Assembly (NCBI RefSeq): GCF_006345805.1
Contig: NC_042997.1
Coordinates: 164,982,001-165,046,000 of the forward strand
Origin: Octopus sinensis
Lineage: Eukaryota
DNA length: 64,000 bases
Direction: 5' to 3'
Shown here: one piece after another, positions 24,041-38,465 of the stretch
How the letters are laid out: every line of letters begins with the position of its first letter
How positions within the stretch are numbered: the stretch's first letter is position 1
Position numbers and translations under genes: made by a program
Notes under the pieces: model-generated
What the model was told of the DNA's origin: nothing
What the model saw: only the letters and a program-made list of their open reading frames with translations
Database searches by the model: none

Positions 24041-24521
24041 ATAGTGAAAGGGGCAGATACGAAGAGAGGTAAAGACAGAATTAAAGTGATAGACAGAGAA
24101 ATACAGAGAATGAAAAGTTAATGAAATAAAGACAGAGAGAGATAAAGAGTGATTTCTCGTGGGATTTCGGTAATAGTTTTTAGCCAACGGTCTCCATGGC
24201 AATGAGCGTAAAACAATGAATAAAGGAACACTCTGTCCAGTGACAGCACAAATACGACATTATTTCTGGCTTGAAACTGATACACAAGCTTTGTTTGTGG
24301 TTGTATTACTTGACAAATATTAATTTTAATACATCGTATAAATAACACGGCCAAACCTCTCCAACCTGGATATCCTTTCTCGAACTGTACATACAGGCTC
24401 TCTTCTTTCAAGGGATATATTGATTACTCCACCTCTTTCTCCCTCTTTCTTCCCCCTCTCCCCTCTCTTTATTTATATATATATAATAATATATATATAT
24501 ATATATTATATATATTACATA

Positions 24522-24586
<65 letters not shown>

Positions 24587-24850
24587 TATATGCATGTATG
24601 TATGTATATGTATATATATTTGGGGGGGGGTGTATAGGCATATTAGCATGTATCATACTACAGACCCAGTTACTGATTTTTCGCTCATGGTTTTAATTGT
24701 TGTTGGCTTGTTTCTTTCTTTCTTTCTTTCTTTCTTTCTCACACACACACACTCTCTCTCTCCTTCTCACACACTCTCTCTCTCTCACATAAAAGTACAT
24801 GCATATGTATGTACGTATATATGTGCTTGCGCGCATGTGTGTATGTTTCC

Positions 24851-24887
<37 letters not shown>

Positions 24888-25651
24888 AGGCATATATAAA
24901 AATAGACATACATTGACATACACGCTTACACACACATACACACACACATACACACACACACACACACGCACGCACACATACACGCAAACACGGACGTACG
25001 CAATTATATGTGTGTGAGTGTATGTGTATGTGTGCGTGTATGTCTATGTATGTTAACATATGCCTCACACACACCACACACCACACACATACACACACAC
25101 ACACACACGCACGAACACATACACGCAAACACGGACGTACGCAATTATATGTGTGTGAGTGTATGTGTATGTGTGCGTGTATGTCTATGTATGTTAACAT
25201 ATGCCTCACACACACACACACACACACATACACACACACATATATATATATATATATCCTACCGTCCTACCTTCCTCTCGTTATCACTTTTTTCTCTTTT
25301 CGTTTACATTTTCAATTCACACACACACACACACCCATACATATGTACATACATACGTACGCACATGCGTGCACAAAGCCAAACACTAACATGGGATATC
25401 TTAATGTTTGTTTGTGATTGTGAGTATAAAATTTCCTGAATTTCTGTCGTACTATCTATCAAAGGTGAAAGTCTGATGACACAGATCAGCCACATCCATG
25501 ACGTCACAGAAAGCTATGAATCGCTTACTGAGAAAGATAGAGAGACAGAGAGAGGTGTTGAGAGAGAAAAATGAGGAGGGAGAGATGGGGACGGAGAGAG
25601 AGAATATATATATGTATATATACGTACATATAATATATATACATATATATA

Positions 25652-25699
<48 letters not shown>

Positions 25700-26792
25700 G
25701 CACACACATATACATACATATATACATACGTACTTACGTGTAAATACACACATACATACACTTAAATACACACTTACACACACATATATATAATGCTAAT
25801 CTTGTGAAAAATGGGGAGGTTGAGAAATACTTTTTTATTGTGTATCTCTGTATTGTGTATGTGTGTGTGTGTGTGTATGTATGTGTGTGTGTACTTGATA
25901 AAAACCTAGGAAGATAGAACGATATAGGAGTTGATTTTATACATAATGACATATCTATATTCCCATTTTCGTTCTTTATTCTCCTTGTATTTATGTGCTA
26001 TTTCATACATTAATCTTAACCTGAAAATTTGAAATCCCACTAAACCAATAAGAAGAAGAAGAAGAAGAAGAAGAATAGTGATAATGATGTTGATGACGAC
26101 GACGACGATGATGATGATAATGATAATGGTGATAATAAATATAAAAAAATTTTCTGTAAACATAGAAGAACACTTACAAACAAAAAAAAACATAACACTC
26201 CATAAATAGGGTCCTGGCGTAGCATATAATTTCTAAAATATTCATAAAAATATTACCTGAAGATCCGAAAGGTGAAGTTCAGATTAATAACAGTGAAGCT
26301 CTAGTTTCTAATAAACATTATAAACATATTTCACTTGCTGTTCTATCTTTACAGAAAGATTCCCAGCAGATAAACTCTGTAATATGATATTCTGCGATTG
26401 ACAAAGAGAAGGAGAAAAAATTCAAAGTTCAAAGAGAGATGAAGTTTAAAATATGACATTTCATACATCAAGGGGAAACTAGCGAATTTTTCAATCTTTT
26501 ATATTTGTCTATATTATTTATTTAGCTAGTTATATTCTTTATTTTTATTATTTTAAAAACTATTCTGGGCTTCGTAGCCATATTGGTCCGTCCAAGTCTG
26601 CCATCTCTCGTTACTCTCGACGTTTTTGTTTAATATGATAGATGAGAAAAGACTGCAACTCTCTTCCATTTTTCTGAAGGAGAAAAATGTTGTAAATGGT
26701 CCTATTCCTACGATCCTCACATAGTACAATGAAATCGATTCTGAGAGAAAGAGTGAGCGAGCGAGAGAGAAACAGAGAAATAGAGAGAGAGG

Positions 26793-26842
<50 letters not shown>

Positions 26843-27407
26843 CAGGCAGACAGACAGACCAACAGAGAGAGAAAGGTCCACTTAATAATTGCCAGGAACT
26901 TAATCTGTTATCCCCTGAAGAATGAAATGCAAAGTCGAGCTTCGGTGATTTTTGAACCCAGAAGTCAAGTAACCAAAACAAGTATCGTATTTCAGCAGCT
27001 CATATTCAAGAAAACCGTTGTAATGCATAAAAGCTTATGGGAGGCCCAACATATTGGTGTGGATCCAGTCTTTAAAGCCAACTAATTTTCATTAGTTAAC
27101 GTTAAAGACCAGATTCACAGCGATCTGTATTATCAATATTGACTGATTCTTTTGGGACTTATTTCATCTTCCTTGTAGTCATGAGATTTTCACCACTCCA
27201 ATGGGGACTTTTTATTTAGTAATTGCATGGATAATCTCAAAAGAAATTCTTTAATTCCCTATATCGTATATGCGAGACGTTAACGCAGTGCTTTTCAAAT
27301 TTTTAAACTGTTGTTATCTTTCTTTTGTTAATACTTTTAACCCCACCCCCTTGCTACAGTTGAACACAATTGTATGCATCACACACATATACATATCTCT
27401 CTTTTTC

Positions 27408-27779
27408 TCTTTTTACTTGTTTCAGTCATTTTGATTATGGCCATGCTGGAGCACCGCCTTTAATCGAGCTACTCGACCCCGGGACTTATTCTTTGTAAGC
27501 CTAGTACTTATTCTATCGGTCTCTTTTGCCGAACCGCTAAGTGACGGGGACATAAACACACCAGCATCGGTTGTCAAGCAATGCTAGGAGGACAAACACA
27601 GACACACACATATATACGACGGGCTTCTTTCAGCTTCCGTCTACCAAATCCACTCACAAGGCTTTGGTCGGCCCGAGGCTATAGTAGAAGACACTTGCCC
27701 AAGGTGCTACGCAGTCGGACTGAACCCGGAACCATGTGGTTGGTAAACAAGCTACTTACCACACAGCCACTCCTGCGCC
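27408..27779 (-). mobile_element. tRNA-derived SINE family A
   Basis: Near-consensus full-length copy. Confidence 0.88.
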
Positions 27780-29459
27780 TATATATGTATATATGCATAT
27801 ACATATATGTACAACTAAGTCAGGTACTTGCCTAATACTACGAGTGCAATGACTGCCTTTGTTGCATGTATGAAAATGCCTATAAATGTTAACAATGTTT
27901 TTAAAATTATACTTTGATTTATAATTTATATGGATAAGTAGACTATATCCAATTTCTTTCATTCATTTACATGTAGGCGTCTATTATTATCGTTGGTGCT
28001 GCCGTAGTTATTGTTATAGTCGTTCTTGTAACTGATTTTTATTTAAAAAAATTATCATAATATTACATTAATATTTTTTAAGTATTAATATTGAAATAGG
28101 AGATAAAGATTAAAATTTTTTCAGGTGCATCTATCGCCCCATCTACTACTCCTGTCTTCCCTGTACTCATATGAAATCCCCCCTCCCTCTGGGAACGGTA
28201 CCGTTCATTTTCAGAAGCAATGTCTTAACGTATTAGCATTTAATAAGCAAACGCCCCTCTCCCATTGTGTCAGCCATATTCTTGAGATTTGGATTATCTC
28301 TATTTATATTCACTTTAAATTGGACCATATTCTTTTATGTGAGATTATTCGAGCAGTCCCAAAGTGGCACATCTGGAACGTCAATGACGTTCCAGATGTG
28401 TCACTCCAATACATTTTGTAGATGTAGTACATCCAAGGTTACGTTATTCAGTATCTCTTTTCATCTTAAAGACGGATGTGGTTTAAGGGAGATTTTGCTG
28501 ATATTCCCTGAATATCAAACAATCCTATAGTGTCTCCTAACTTGGCCCTATATACTTTATTTTAATGATAAATAATGTTAAACCAATAAAAGCCGAGGAG
28601 ACACATATTAGTCATACAAAAACACCGAAACGATTAACATTACTTAAACTTTGAAATTTTCGTCGCACCAACTGTAACTTTGCCACTGACACAGTTCCAC
28701 CGCGATGAAATTTTTTACGTGAAATTAAGTCTGGGTTTTTGAATGGCTAATATATCTTCCACATTGTGATTGTTTCTTTCAGCACATGATTTCATATCAA
28801 ATCATTTGCTGGACAAGTACAACCCCCGATATGATTATTTGAAAATAGCTTCTTATTTGTTGTTGTTCAAGATACAATTAAACCACAACAGAACACATAT
28901 GTGATTAAAAACCTTCCAACAATGTTCATCCAATGATTTTAAGTGAATCTAGGAGTACATTATCCAGTGTCACTTTTCTTTTTATAAGATAACTGAGCGT
29001 GTTCGAGGGAAATTTGACTGCTATTTTTAGCTGGCCGAGTGACCACGTAAACACTCTTTCGTTGAGTCGCATCCATAATTCTATATACTGCTGTCATAAC
29101 ACCTTTATCAGTGATTTATTTTCCAACGGAGGCCATGTTTCCATTCATTGTCAATATTAGTATGTTACTGTTATTTACTTTATCGATTCCCTCTCTACTT
29201 TCACTGATACATGAATGGCAGATGCGACCATATTTTTTAACACAACACAACAGAAAATTATTGAAGTAGTTTGCAGTAGAGTATTTAGTAGGACACTTTA
29301 CAATCATGGCCAACTCCACCACTACCACTACCTGTATACACACACTAGCTGGCAGAGTCGTTAGCACGCCGGGCGATATGTTTAACGACATTTCGTCCGT
29401 CTTTACGTCTGAGTTCAAATTCCGCCGAGGTTGACTTCGCCTTTCATCCTTTCAGATTG

Positions 29460-30290
29460 TTAATATCCAGATGGTTGTGCAACTCTTCCGCCAATACACC
29501 GGTCATAAATTTCCACATTAGTGGTATACATGCTTTTTCGTAATCTAGCTATCCGACATTCAGTCCCGTCAATCAACGTCATTTTATCAAGTAAGTGATC
29601 TTTTGTTGCTTTACTTTGTTTCCTGCATCCTTTCTGTTCTGGAAGTAGATTGCTGCTTTCCAGATGGTTGTACAACTTTTCCACCAAGACACCGGTCATA
29701 AGTTTCCACATTAGTGGTAAACAGGTTATAGGTCGAAAAATTGATGCCAAGTTACCTTTCAAGGGATCCTTGAGGCATAGCAGCGTTCGTCCGTTTGTCA
29801 TCCAGGCAGGGACGTGACCTTGCTGCAGGCAGTCATCTAGTTGCGCAATGACCCTTTCATGCAACCGTGTACAGTTCTTCCTCCAATAGCCTTGTACTCC
29901 ACCCGGGCCTGGTCTTTTTCAATTTGCAATTCTTTTAAACTTCTGTCTCACTGTATATAGATTAAATCTGATGTACTTTTGTCTTGGTACAGTTGTAAGT
30001 TATCTTTCTACCTTTGTTAGCCACTCCGCGCTTTCTTTTTGTCTCACCGGCCTGTTCCACAGCTTTCCCCAAAATTCTTTACCTTCTTCCGCAACTGGAA
30101 TAAGTTTCTGGTGTTGGCCTCCCTCTGTTTCCTCAAATAGACGCCTTCTATTTGATTGGAACAATCTATTCTGTTCGAAACCTTTGCCTCTAGCATCATA
30201 TCTTTTTAATTTTCCTTTTAATGCAGTCACCTTTTGAGCCAGTTCTTCATGTACTGTTTTTTTCCCTCTTTCTAACTTGTACTGTCAATG
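29460..30290 (-). pseudogene. R4/Dong-like LINE fragment (pre-RT and RT start)
   Basis: KLKRYDARGKGFEQNRLFQSNRRRLFE and VPAWMTNGRTLLCLKDPLKGNLASIFRPITCLPLMWKLMTGVL...LPEQKGCRK...KDHLL. Confidence 0.85.
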
Positions 30291-30304
30291 CCTCTTCATT
30301 TTAT

Positions 30305-31250
30305 TATTATTATTAAATGCTTTCCTTGCACTATCGAGCGCAGCTCTGTGTGCCTTGGGTATGTGCTGTGGTTTGTTTAAGTGTTCTTATTTTTACTGTC
30401 CTGAAAGTCTTTTACTTAAGATGTGTGCGGTGCCTAGCAGTGCTATTATCTGTGTGTGTGTGTTGTGTGTGTGTGTGTGTTCAGGTCCTGATATTTTGGT
30501 TATCTGTTCGCCTGTATGTTTCTAACCATGCTTAATGCACCTATTATTACCGGGATTATGTTTACCTTTAAGCCCCACATTCGGGTTATCTCTATTTTTA
30601 GATCTTTGTATTTCGAGTGTTTCTTTGTTTCTTTTAGAGTCATCTGTTGGGATTGATACGTTGATTAGAAAGCACTCTTTACTTGGTGGTCCCTGACAAT
30701 AATATCTTACTTATTAGCTTTGTTCTCTCTATTTCTGTCCTTTATCATATCGCAGTGTATGGTTGCTTTGCCATTTTCTGAGAGCTTTTCTAGGGTATGC
30801 CTATAGCATCTTTTTCCTGTTGTTATTCCGTAGTGCTAGCACCGCTACCAGTGTATACAAGTCCCAGTTCTGTCTGTGGATACATTTCTTCTTTGCCAGA
30901 ACTGAGCACTCAGAAACAATATGATTTATTGTTTCTTCCCAATCACCACATATTCTGCAGTTACTTATTGCATTCTTCTTCATTATACATTTTTGGGGGT
31001 GATTTCTAGCGGGGAGACTTTGATCTTATGCTGCTGTTAAAAACACTTCGGTCTCTGCTTTGAGACCCGAATTTCTCAACCAACATTGAGAATTTATATT
31101 ATTTATTTCTTTTCTGTTTACCTTATCCCAGTATTTGCCATACAAGGGCTTTTCTTGACATCGCTTTATCATCGTATTGTGTAGTTCCAGTTTTAGTTTA
31201 GATTTTAGTTGCTTTGCCTCTTTTTCTTCAGTTTTCAAGTATTGTGAGCT
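30305..31250 (-). pseudogene. R4/Dong-like LINE 3' fragment (CCHC knuckle, RLE, 3' end with (TAA)n)
   Basis: EKPLYGKY...WLRNSGLKAETEVFLTAA, CRICGDWEETINHIVSECSVLAK, IIPVIIGAL; ends at taataataataa. Confidence 0.8.
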
Positions 31251-31402
31251 TTTCCTAGTATTTTTCGGCTTCCTTGAAGACATGAAATACTTTATGTTTT
31301 GCTCTATGGCGGTGGTGATGGTGGTAGTGGTCATATGTTGGTGGTTTCAGAGTGACACTCAGTTCTTTGGCCAGTCTATAACTACTGCTGATTAATAAAA
31401 AG

Positions 31403-31445
<43 letters not shown>

Positions 31446-31906
31446 TATATGTGTGTGAGTGTGTGTGTGTGTGTGTGTGTGTATACATACACACACACAC
31501 GCACACACACACAAGCACGCACGCACGCACACACACACACATATATATATATACAGTTAATCCAAACATGAAAACACAAAGAGAAAACAATAACGCGAGG
31601 ACGTGGAACAAATATAGTATTATTGGATGCTCAGTTTTGAGTTGTATTTTCCTGTTCGTATCATCAAACCTACATACACACATATATACGTATGTACATT
31701 CGCACGCAGAATGGAACTGAGTTAGTGATTATTTCAAATAACTATTTTTTGTCAAGAGATGCTTGATGCATAAATTACTTGCGTTCCACTACAGTATTAG
31801 TTTATAGTAAACATGCATACAGTTCTATGTACATTTATCTAGGTTTGGTGTGAAATTGAGCCCACAGTTCATTTTGGCAGTATGGATGTATAATCTAACT
31901 ACCCAG

Positions 31907-32011
31907 TTTCGCCCTTGTTAAAGCTCTTCAAGATCTGCTTGCTTCTGTCATCTCAGCTACTGAAAGGCAGCAGCGGAAAATTCCCCCTTTTCGGACTCTA
32001 GAGATAGACAA
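31907..32011 (+). CDS. Candidate internal coding exon (105 nt), FALVKALQDLLASVISATERQQRKIPPFRTLEID
   Basis: Flanked by ctaactacccAG and GTATGT; only one frame is open throughout; length is a multiple of 3; non-repetitive, protein-like composition. Product not recognised. Confidence 0.35.
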
Positions 32012-32655
32012 GTATGTTCGCAGCTATGCCTACTCGTTTTCTTATATTCAAAAATAGACTTACTTCACTCTGATATAATAAAGACAAGTTTATCTCTTGA
32101 TAAATACACACACACACATTAATCCATCCCCCACACACCTTAACACACATGCACACATGTATGCACACACAAGCAAGTATCATTTAACATGCGTGGAAAT
32201 GAATTTAACAGATGAGAAAAACCATTTATCCATCCATATACAAATAGCAGCGTAGCTCTTTTAGTTGAATACTACGATAATTTCAGACTTACCTAATAAA
32301 CATTAGAGATAAGCGAAATTAGATACTAAGGGCAAGCTGTGATTGAACTTGATGCCACTGCTCTGGGGACTATTATCTTGATAATAGATGACATTGATCC
32401 CCTTAGTAATGTATTTATTTCTTTATAAAGATACATACAGATATTTCCGCTTCAAGGTAGCGTGTTTACATATATATACATATATATGTGCATGCATGCA
32501 TCGCTCCCTTCCTCCATCTATCCATCCATCCGTCATTCCGTCCCTCCCTCCATCCCTCCATTCATCCATCTATCCCTCCATCCCTCCATCCCTCCATCCA
32601 TTCATCAATATATACATGCATGCAGGTATAAATACACACACACACACACACACAC

Positions 32656-32697
<42 letters not shown>

Positions 32698-33335
32698 GTA
32701 TATCTATACATATATTCATACATATAGATATCTGTAAAATATGTATATACATAACTGTACGTACATCAACATACTCACGCACATACACTTACCTACGTAC
32801 GAACATCCAAAATGAATGCAAAAATGTACACATATGTACCTCTCTACTCACATGCGTATATACATTACAAATATACAAACACACATCACTCACGCGCTCA
32901 CACATACACACATCAGATTGGACAACGATATACTCAGGTTTTCCCAGAACATTTGCAAAATAAATTAATAAGAAAAAATATAAATAAATAAATATATAAA
33001 ATGCAGGTCAAATGAAGGAGACCAAGTCGGTATGTTTTTATTTAAACTTTGTTTATTTGGTTCATAAACACTTGAGAAATTAATGATTTAATTGATTTTA
33101 AATGTAGGTTGATGGGTGAAGCCGATTTAGCGACATTTAGTTGTTGTTTTAAAGCTCTCGGTTCAAATCTCATCGAAGTGCTCTTTACGTTTTGTCTTTC
33201 TCATGATGATATGATATTTTGCATAGCATGTAATTGATACGCGACTATTTATTGTTTAAATTATACCATGTATGTATGCATATATGCATGTTGTATGTTC
33301 TGACAGAGGTCACCACTCTAATAATAATAATAATG

Positions 33336-33371
<36 letters not shown>

Positions 33372-33375
33372 GTAA

Positions 33376-34000
33376 TAATAATGGCTTCAAACTTTGCCTC
33401 AAGGGCAGCCATTTTTATGGGAAGGGATGTGGCGATTACATCGACGCCCAGTATTAAACTGGTACTTAATTTATCGACCTCCAAAGTATGAAAGGCAAAG
33501 TCGACTTCGGCGGAATTTGAACTTAGAACATAAAGACAGACGAAATAACACTAAGCATTTCGCCCGACGTGCTAACGATTCTTATTTCTTTATTGACCAC
33601 AAGGGGCTAAACATAGAGGGGACAAACAAGGACATACAAAGGGATTAAGTCGATTACATCGACCCCAGTGCGTAACTGGTACCTAATTTATCGACCCCGA
33701 AAGGATGAAAGGCAAAGTCGATCTTGGCGGAATTTGAACTCAGAGCGTAATGGCAGACGAAATACCTATTTCTTTACTACCCACAGGGGGTTAAAAACAG
33801 AGAGGACAAACAACGACAGACAAATGGGTTAAGTAGATTATATCGACCCCAGTGCGTAACTGGTATTTATTTAATCGACCCCGAAAGGATGAAAGGCGAA
33901 AGTCGACCTCGGCGGAATCTAAACTCAAAACGTAACGGCAGACGAAATACCGCTAAGCATTTCGCCCTCTGTGCTAACGTTTCTGCCAGCTCGCCGCATT
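33376..34000 (-). mobile_element. Tandem multimer of tRNA-derived SINE family B (also 34545-35000, 40158-40358, 41372-41640, 57652-57990, 29346-29456)
   Basis: Repeated gtcgattacatcgaccccagt...ggtacttaatttatcgaccccgaaaggatgaaaggcaaagtcgacctcggcggaatttgaactc, with B-box gagttcaaattcc on the minus strand. Confidence 0.85.
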
Positions 34001-34129
34001 CTTGATAATAAAAACGATTTAAACAACAAAATACAGTATAGAACCATTTAAAAAAGTGAAACATGCAGCGCTCCAAAAACACACCGCCACAGCTATGGTG
34101 ACAACACAACAACAACAATAATAATAATA

Positions 34130-34530
34130 AGTGTAATAGATGTAAATGTTCCCATTGATAAAAATATATCTGTAAAGGAATTTGACAAACTAAGTAAATA
34201 TAAGGATCTGGAAATTGAAATACAAAAGATGTGGCATCTTAAAACGAGAACTGTTCCCGTTATTGTGGACACCCTAGGTATGACGAGAAAGGGATATCAG
34301 AAACATCTAGATAGTATCCCAGGAGATCCATGTCTCAGAGAAGTCAAAAAAATTGTGTTGACAAGTACCGCCTACTTCCTTAGAAAAACCCTATCACTAT
34401 ATATATACATAAATATATTTCGCTACTGCCCCTGCCACTGCTCCTACACAAGCTTTCTGTCATACTGTAGCATCTCTTATCCTTCACTCATCCTAGGACG
34501 CTGGGTGTGTCTCGGCGAGTGATTGTAACG
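34130..34530 (+). pseudogene. R4/Dong-like LINE extreme 3' fragment
   Basis: IDVNVPIDKNISVKEFDKLSKYKDLEIEIQKMWHLKTRTVPVIVDTLG, homologous to 18560-18838 and preceded by (AAT)n. Confidence 0.8.
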
Positions 34531-36663
34531 AATATGCAGATTAAAAGTAAAGGTTTGGGGGAAGAGACTAGTCGATTACATCGATCCCAGTATTTCATTG
34601 GTACTTAATTTATTAACCCCGAAAGGATGAAAAGCAAAGTCGCCCTGGGAGGAATTTGAACTCTGAATGTAGCGACGGGCGAAATACCTATTTCTTTACT
34701 GCCCACGAGGGGCTAAACACAGAGAGGAAAAACAAGGACAGACAAACGGATTAAGTCGATTACATCAACCCCAGTGCGTAACTGGTACTTAATTTATCGA
34801 CCCCAAAAGGATGAAAGGCAAAGTCGACCACGTAGCGGCAGACGAAATACCGCTAAGCATTTCGTCCAGCGCGCTATCGATTCTGCCTGCTCGCCGTCCT
34901 TTTAATAATAATAACAATGGTTTCAAATTTTGCCACAAGGGCAGTCATTTTTTATGGGGGAGGGGATAAGTCGATCATATCGACACCAGTCAGTTATGTC
35001 AATCAGCGAGGTAAGCTGTTCGGGCCAGTCCTGCAGAGACGGTGAAATACGTCGTTATAAAGCGGGACATAACAGTTATATTTTTGTTTTTGCATTCATA
35101 TTTTTTTGCGAAATGCGCATCATTTATAGCACGTTCATATATGCATTGGCATGAAACGGTAACTGCAGTGGGATTTTATTCCAGAAAACAGTCTCCTTAG
35201 AGACTTGAGTCCTAGTGAAGTCAGATGACTGCCACACACCTGTGTTTCGGTGTATTTTCATCTCAGTGTCTGACAATTTCTCGTTCATATGAAGCTAGCT
35301 AAGAACTTCTGATCTTATAAAGAAGTTTCTTTATTTTATAGAAGAAATATCTATTTATTAATTTTTTATGTTGACTATTGATTTGTCGATTTGGTTTCAA
35401 TTAATTATGCATATCATTTATTTGTGGATGTATGTGTGTATGTTTGCAAATGTCTATCTCACTGGCATACCCTCGATTCTTCACTGGATCAAGCGTGGGA
35501 GATCTGAGAAGGTGGCTATATCTGTGCACGACTATGTATGCACCTAAAACAATTAACGAAAGCGTGGTACTCGCTACCATGTTATACTAATTTGCAAGTT
35601 TCGCAAGTGATGTATGTATATGTTTGTATGTATATGTATGTATATATATGTGTTAGTGTGTGTTGGGGGTGTATGGGTGTCAGGGTGTCAGGGAGGGGTA
35701 GCATCTTACACGGGGTGACAGGTAGTACTCTTATGGGTAGTTCTTCCTTCACCTGGATCCCAAATTTACCTATTATGCCAGTAATTGTTTGCACACAATG
35801 GCGGTTTCAGATCGATATCCCGCTTCGACTGTCGGGCTAAACCAAACGAGGCTAATCAACCGGTATGTATCTCTTGGTAAGTTAGGGCTTGCCTACCTAT
35901 GCTTATGAAGATTGAATCTGTTGAACCCTATGGATTAAACCTTCGTGGTTCAACGCAGAGGGAGGCGGCTGCAGTAGCGCATTATAGAGTGCAGAAGGTA
36001 AGATGATCCAACCAAGACATTTTGGTCACCGACTGCATCTGTCTCTACTTACGCATCATCTTGACCTGGTCTTGTCTTCGTAACGTGTAAATTATTATCA
36101 AGTAGTTTCTTAATTTTAAAATTATCCTCCCTTTTCTCTGAGACTCATCAATTATTACCGCTGAGCTATCTTGATTTCTTTCTTCAACTAAAAGAGGAAA
36201 TTTCAGTTATTGAGAATTTCATTTATATATGTATTCAGTACATGACCATTTAACTTATTATATACAAAACTTTGTTCTGGGTTTGGACGGCTTCCAGAGC
36301 AGTACACTCTTGATAATTTATGTCGCTATTGAAAGTTTTATGATTCAAGAACTTTTCAAAGCCAGGAATTATTATTTGCAACATCTCAAGAAGAATAGTA
36401 CAAATTAGAGCTGGCATTAATGAAAGAAAAAATAGCAACAACAACACTAGCTGATAGTATGATTAATAAGATATAAAAACCCACACGATAATTATGCCAA
36501 TAGCATTGATTATTGAAATTTGATTTTAAATTAACTCATGTTATGTTGTTATTTTTTATTAAAATGTATGTAACTTACGATTTGACATCAATGAAAACGA
36601 ACAAATGTTTTCAAAATGAAAGAAATATGTTTGATGGACGGTATGTTATTATGTATTTCTGTT

Positions 36664-36722
<59 letters not shown>

Positions 36723-36787
36723 GTCTGTCTGTCGGTCTTTGTGTATTTATATATGTATATACATGTGTCTATATAAGTGTGTATATA

Positions 36788-36854
<67 letters not shown>

Positions 36855-36948
36855 TTATGTATGTATGCTATTAGAATATGTCTATGGCCAATATACCACA
36901 GTACTGTTTTTGTTAAATTGTTGGCCTCTGCATTTTATCAGCTTAGAC

Positions 36949-37030
36949 CAAGGTTTCGCAACCGTTATACCGCAGTACACTGGTGTGCTACAAGACGAGT
37001 TTAGGTGTGCCGCAGTGTAACCTGAATATA
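36949..37030 (+). mobile_element. hAT (Charlie/Buster-like) 5' terminal fragment
   Basis: caaggtttcgcaacc...cagtacactggtgtgctacaag...ggtgtgccgc, preceded by gctTAgac (nnnTAnnn target pattern). Right end not identified. Confidence 0.45.
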
Positions 37031-37284
37031 ATTATTTTCCCTTATACTTTTAGCTATATTTTTAGTTCAAGTGTGCGGCCAATATTTTAAAAAGAATATA
37101 AAGTGTACCGCAAGTAAAACAACGTTGATTAGACAAAAGTGAAAGTATTTATAAAAACGCCCATAATTTTTTAAATCAACAATGTGTGATCCTCTATAGG
37201 GAATAGGTGTTCGAGGGCCGCCTATTGAAAAACAAACCCATAAAAACCCATGGGTTCTCTGAGTTTTCCCTTCCTTTTTTTCCA

Positions 37285-37620
37285 ACTACAGGCTTATGCT
37301 CAGAGCAGGCTTGTTCACTCGCACCATTCTCGCCACTTCCATCCACCTTTCAGCAAACTGGCTAGAAGACAACACTTCCCTCTCTATCCTTATTTTCCTT
37401 TTCGAGTGAAACTTGAAGAAGTTGATAAGGAATTGGCCAAAGAGAAAAGTGTTTGTCTATAATAATAATCTCCACTGTCACATTTACTGCTAGAAGCACG
37501 TTGTTATTAATGGTTGATGGGTTATGCCTAATTTGAAGTCGTCGATGTGTGACTATTTGCTTAATTAGTGTGCTGCCGGTCAAAGGGAGATGGCTATAAT
37601 CTTATACCTAATGACATGGG
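37285..37620 (-). pseudogene. Possible Tx1/L1 LINE C-terminal relic
   Basis: Minus frame with stops, TNTFLFGQFLINFFKFHSKRKIRIEREVLSSSQFAERWMEVARMVRVN, resembling Tx1 ORF2 C-termini as I recall them. Confidence 0.4.
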
Positions 37621-38299
37621 CCAACAGTCATCTGGTGCAGCTAATTGAAACAGACGATGTTGATGTTTTCTGGACAGCAAAACCTGTTGTTTATTTTATC
37701 ACTTGTCAGTATTGCGGCGACATATTGCGGAAATATTAACAGGTATATTATTAGATCATTAAACAATATTATGTTGACACATGTATGTATATATATATAT
37801 ATATATATATGATCACAAACATACAACATACACACACACACACGCCCACACACACATGTATAAATATTTATACATATTTGATATACGTTGAAAAAACAGA
37901 ATCGTATAGAAGAATGAGAGGCCTGCGTGCGTTTATGTACATAACTCAGTACACACATACACGGACATATATACATGCACATACATGCATATGTGTGTGT
38001 GTGTGTATGTGTATAACTTTATATTACATTGAATTCACATTACCCCGTATTATACTGAATAGCTGTATATTTATAAACATATTTTCATGCATGCTGTAAA
38101 GCAGAAAAAAGAGGAGGAAAAACATTTAGGTGCAATGAGGAAAGATTACATACCTTTTTTACGTTTTTGTTTGATTGGCCCGTCTATCAAGCTCAACAAG
38201 CTTCTGACATAAGATTGTATGGAATACTGTTGGTCTTGAACAGAGAAAACAACCAAACACAAGAAAACTACGTTACAATGTTTCTGTAGAATATCGTTA

Positions 38300-38322
38300 T
38301 GTATTTAACATGTGTGCATATA

Positions 38323-38373
<51 letters not shown>

Positions 38374-38431
38374 TTTATATATATATATGATTATATATAT
38401 GTATATGATATATATATAGATATATATATAG

Positions 38432-38465
<34 letters not shown>

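Noticed and set aside
26553-26760. Minus-strand acceptor-like sites with short open frames
   Set aside because: Implied introns are under 50 nt or frames stop; ambiguous frame and no supporting neighbour exon.
28125-28175. Possible exon after ttttttcag
   Set aside because: The frame closes after 16 codons, or needs a weak gtaccg donor.
33376-34900. Regularly recurring gtcgattacatcgac repeats as a CRISPR-like array
   Set aside because: They are internal SINE segments with homologous, not unique, spacers; eukaryotic context and no cas genes.
35235-35272. Minus-strand ctgagatga...gaaac hammerhead-like string
   Set aside because: No stem II pairing and G at the cleavage position.
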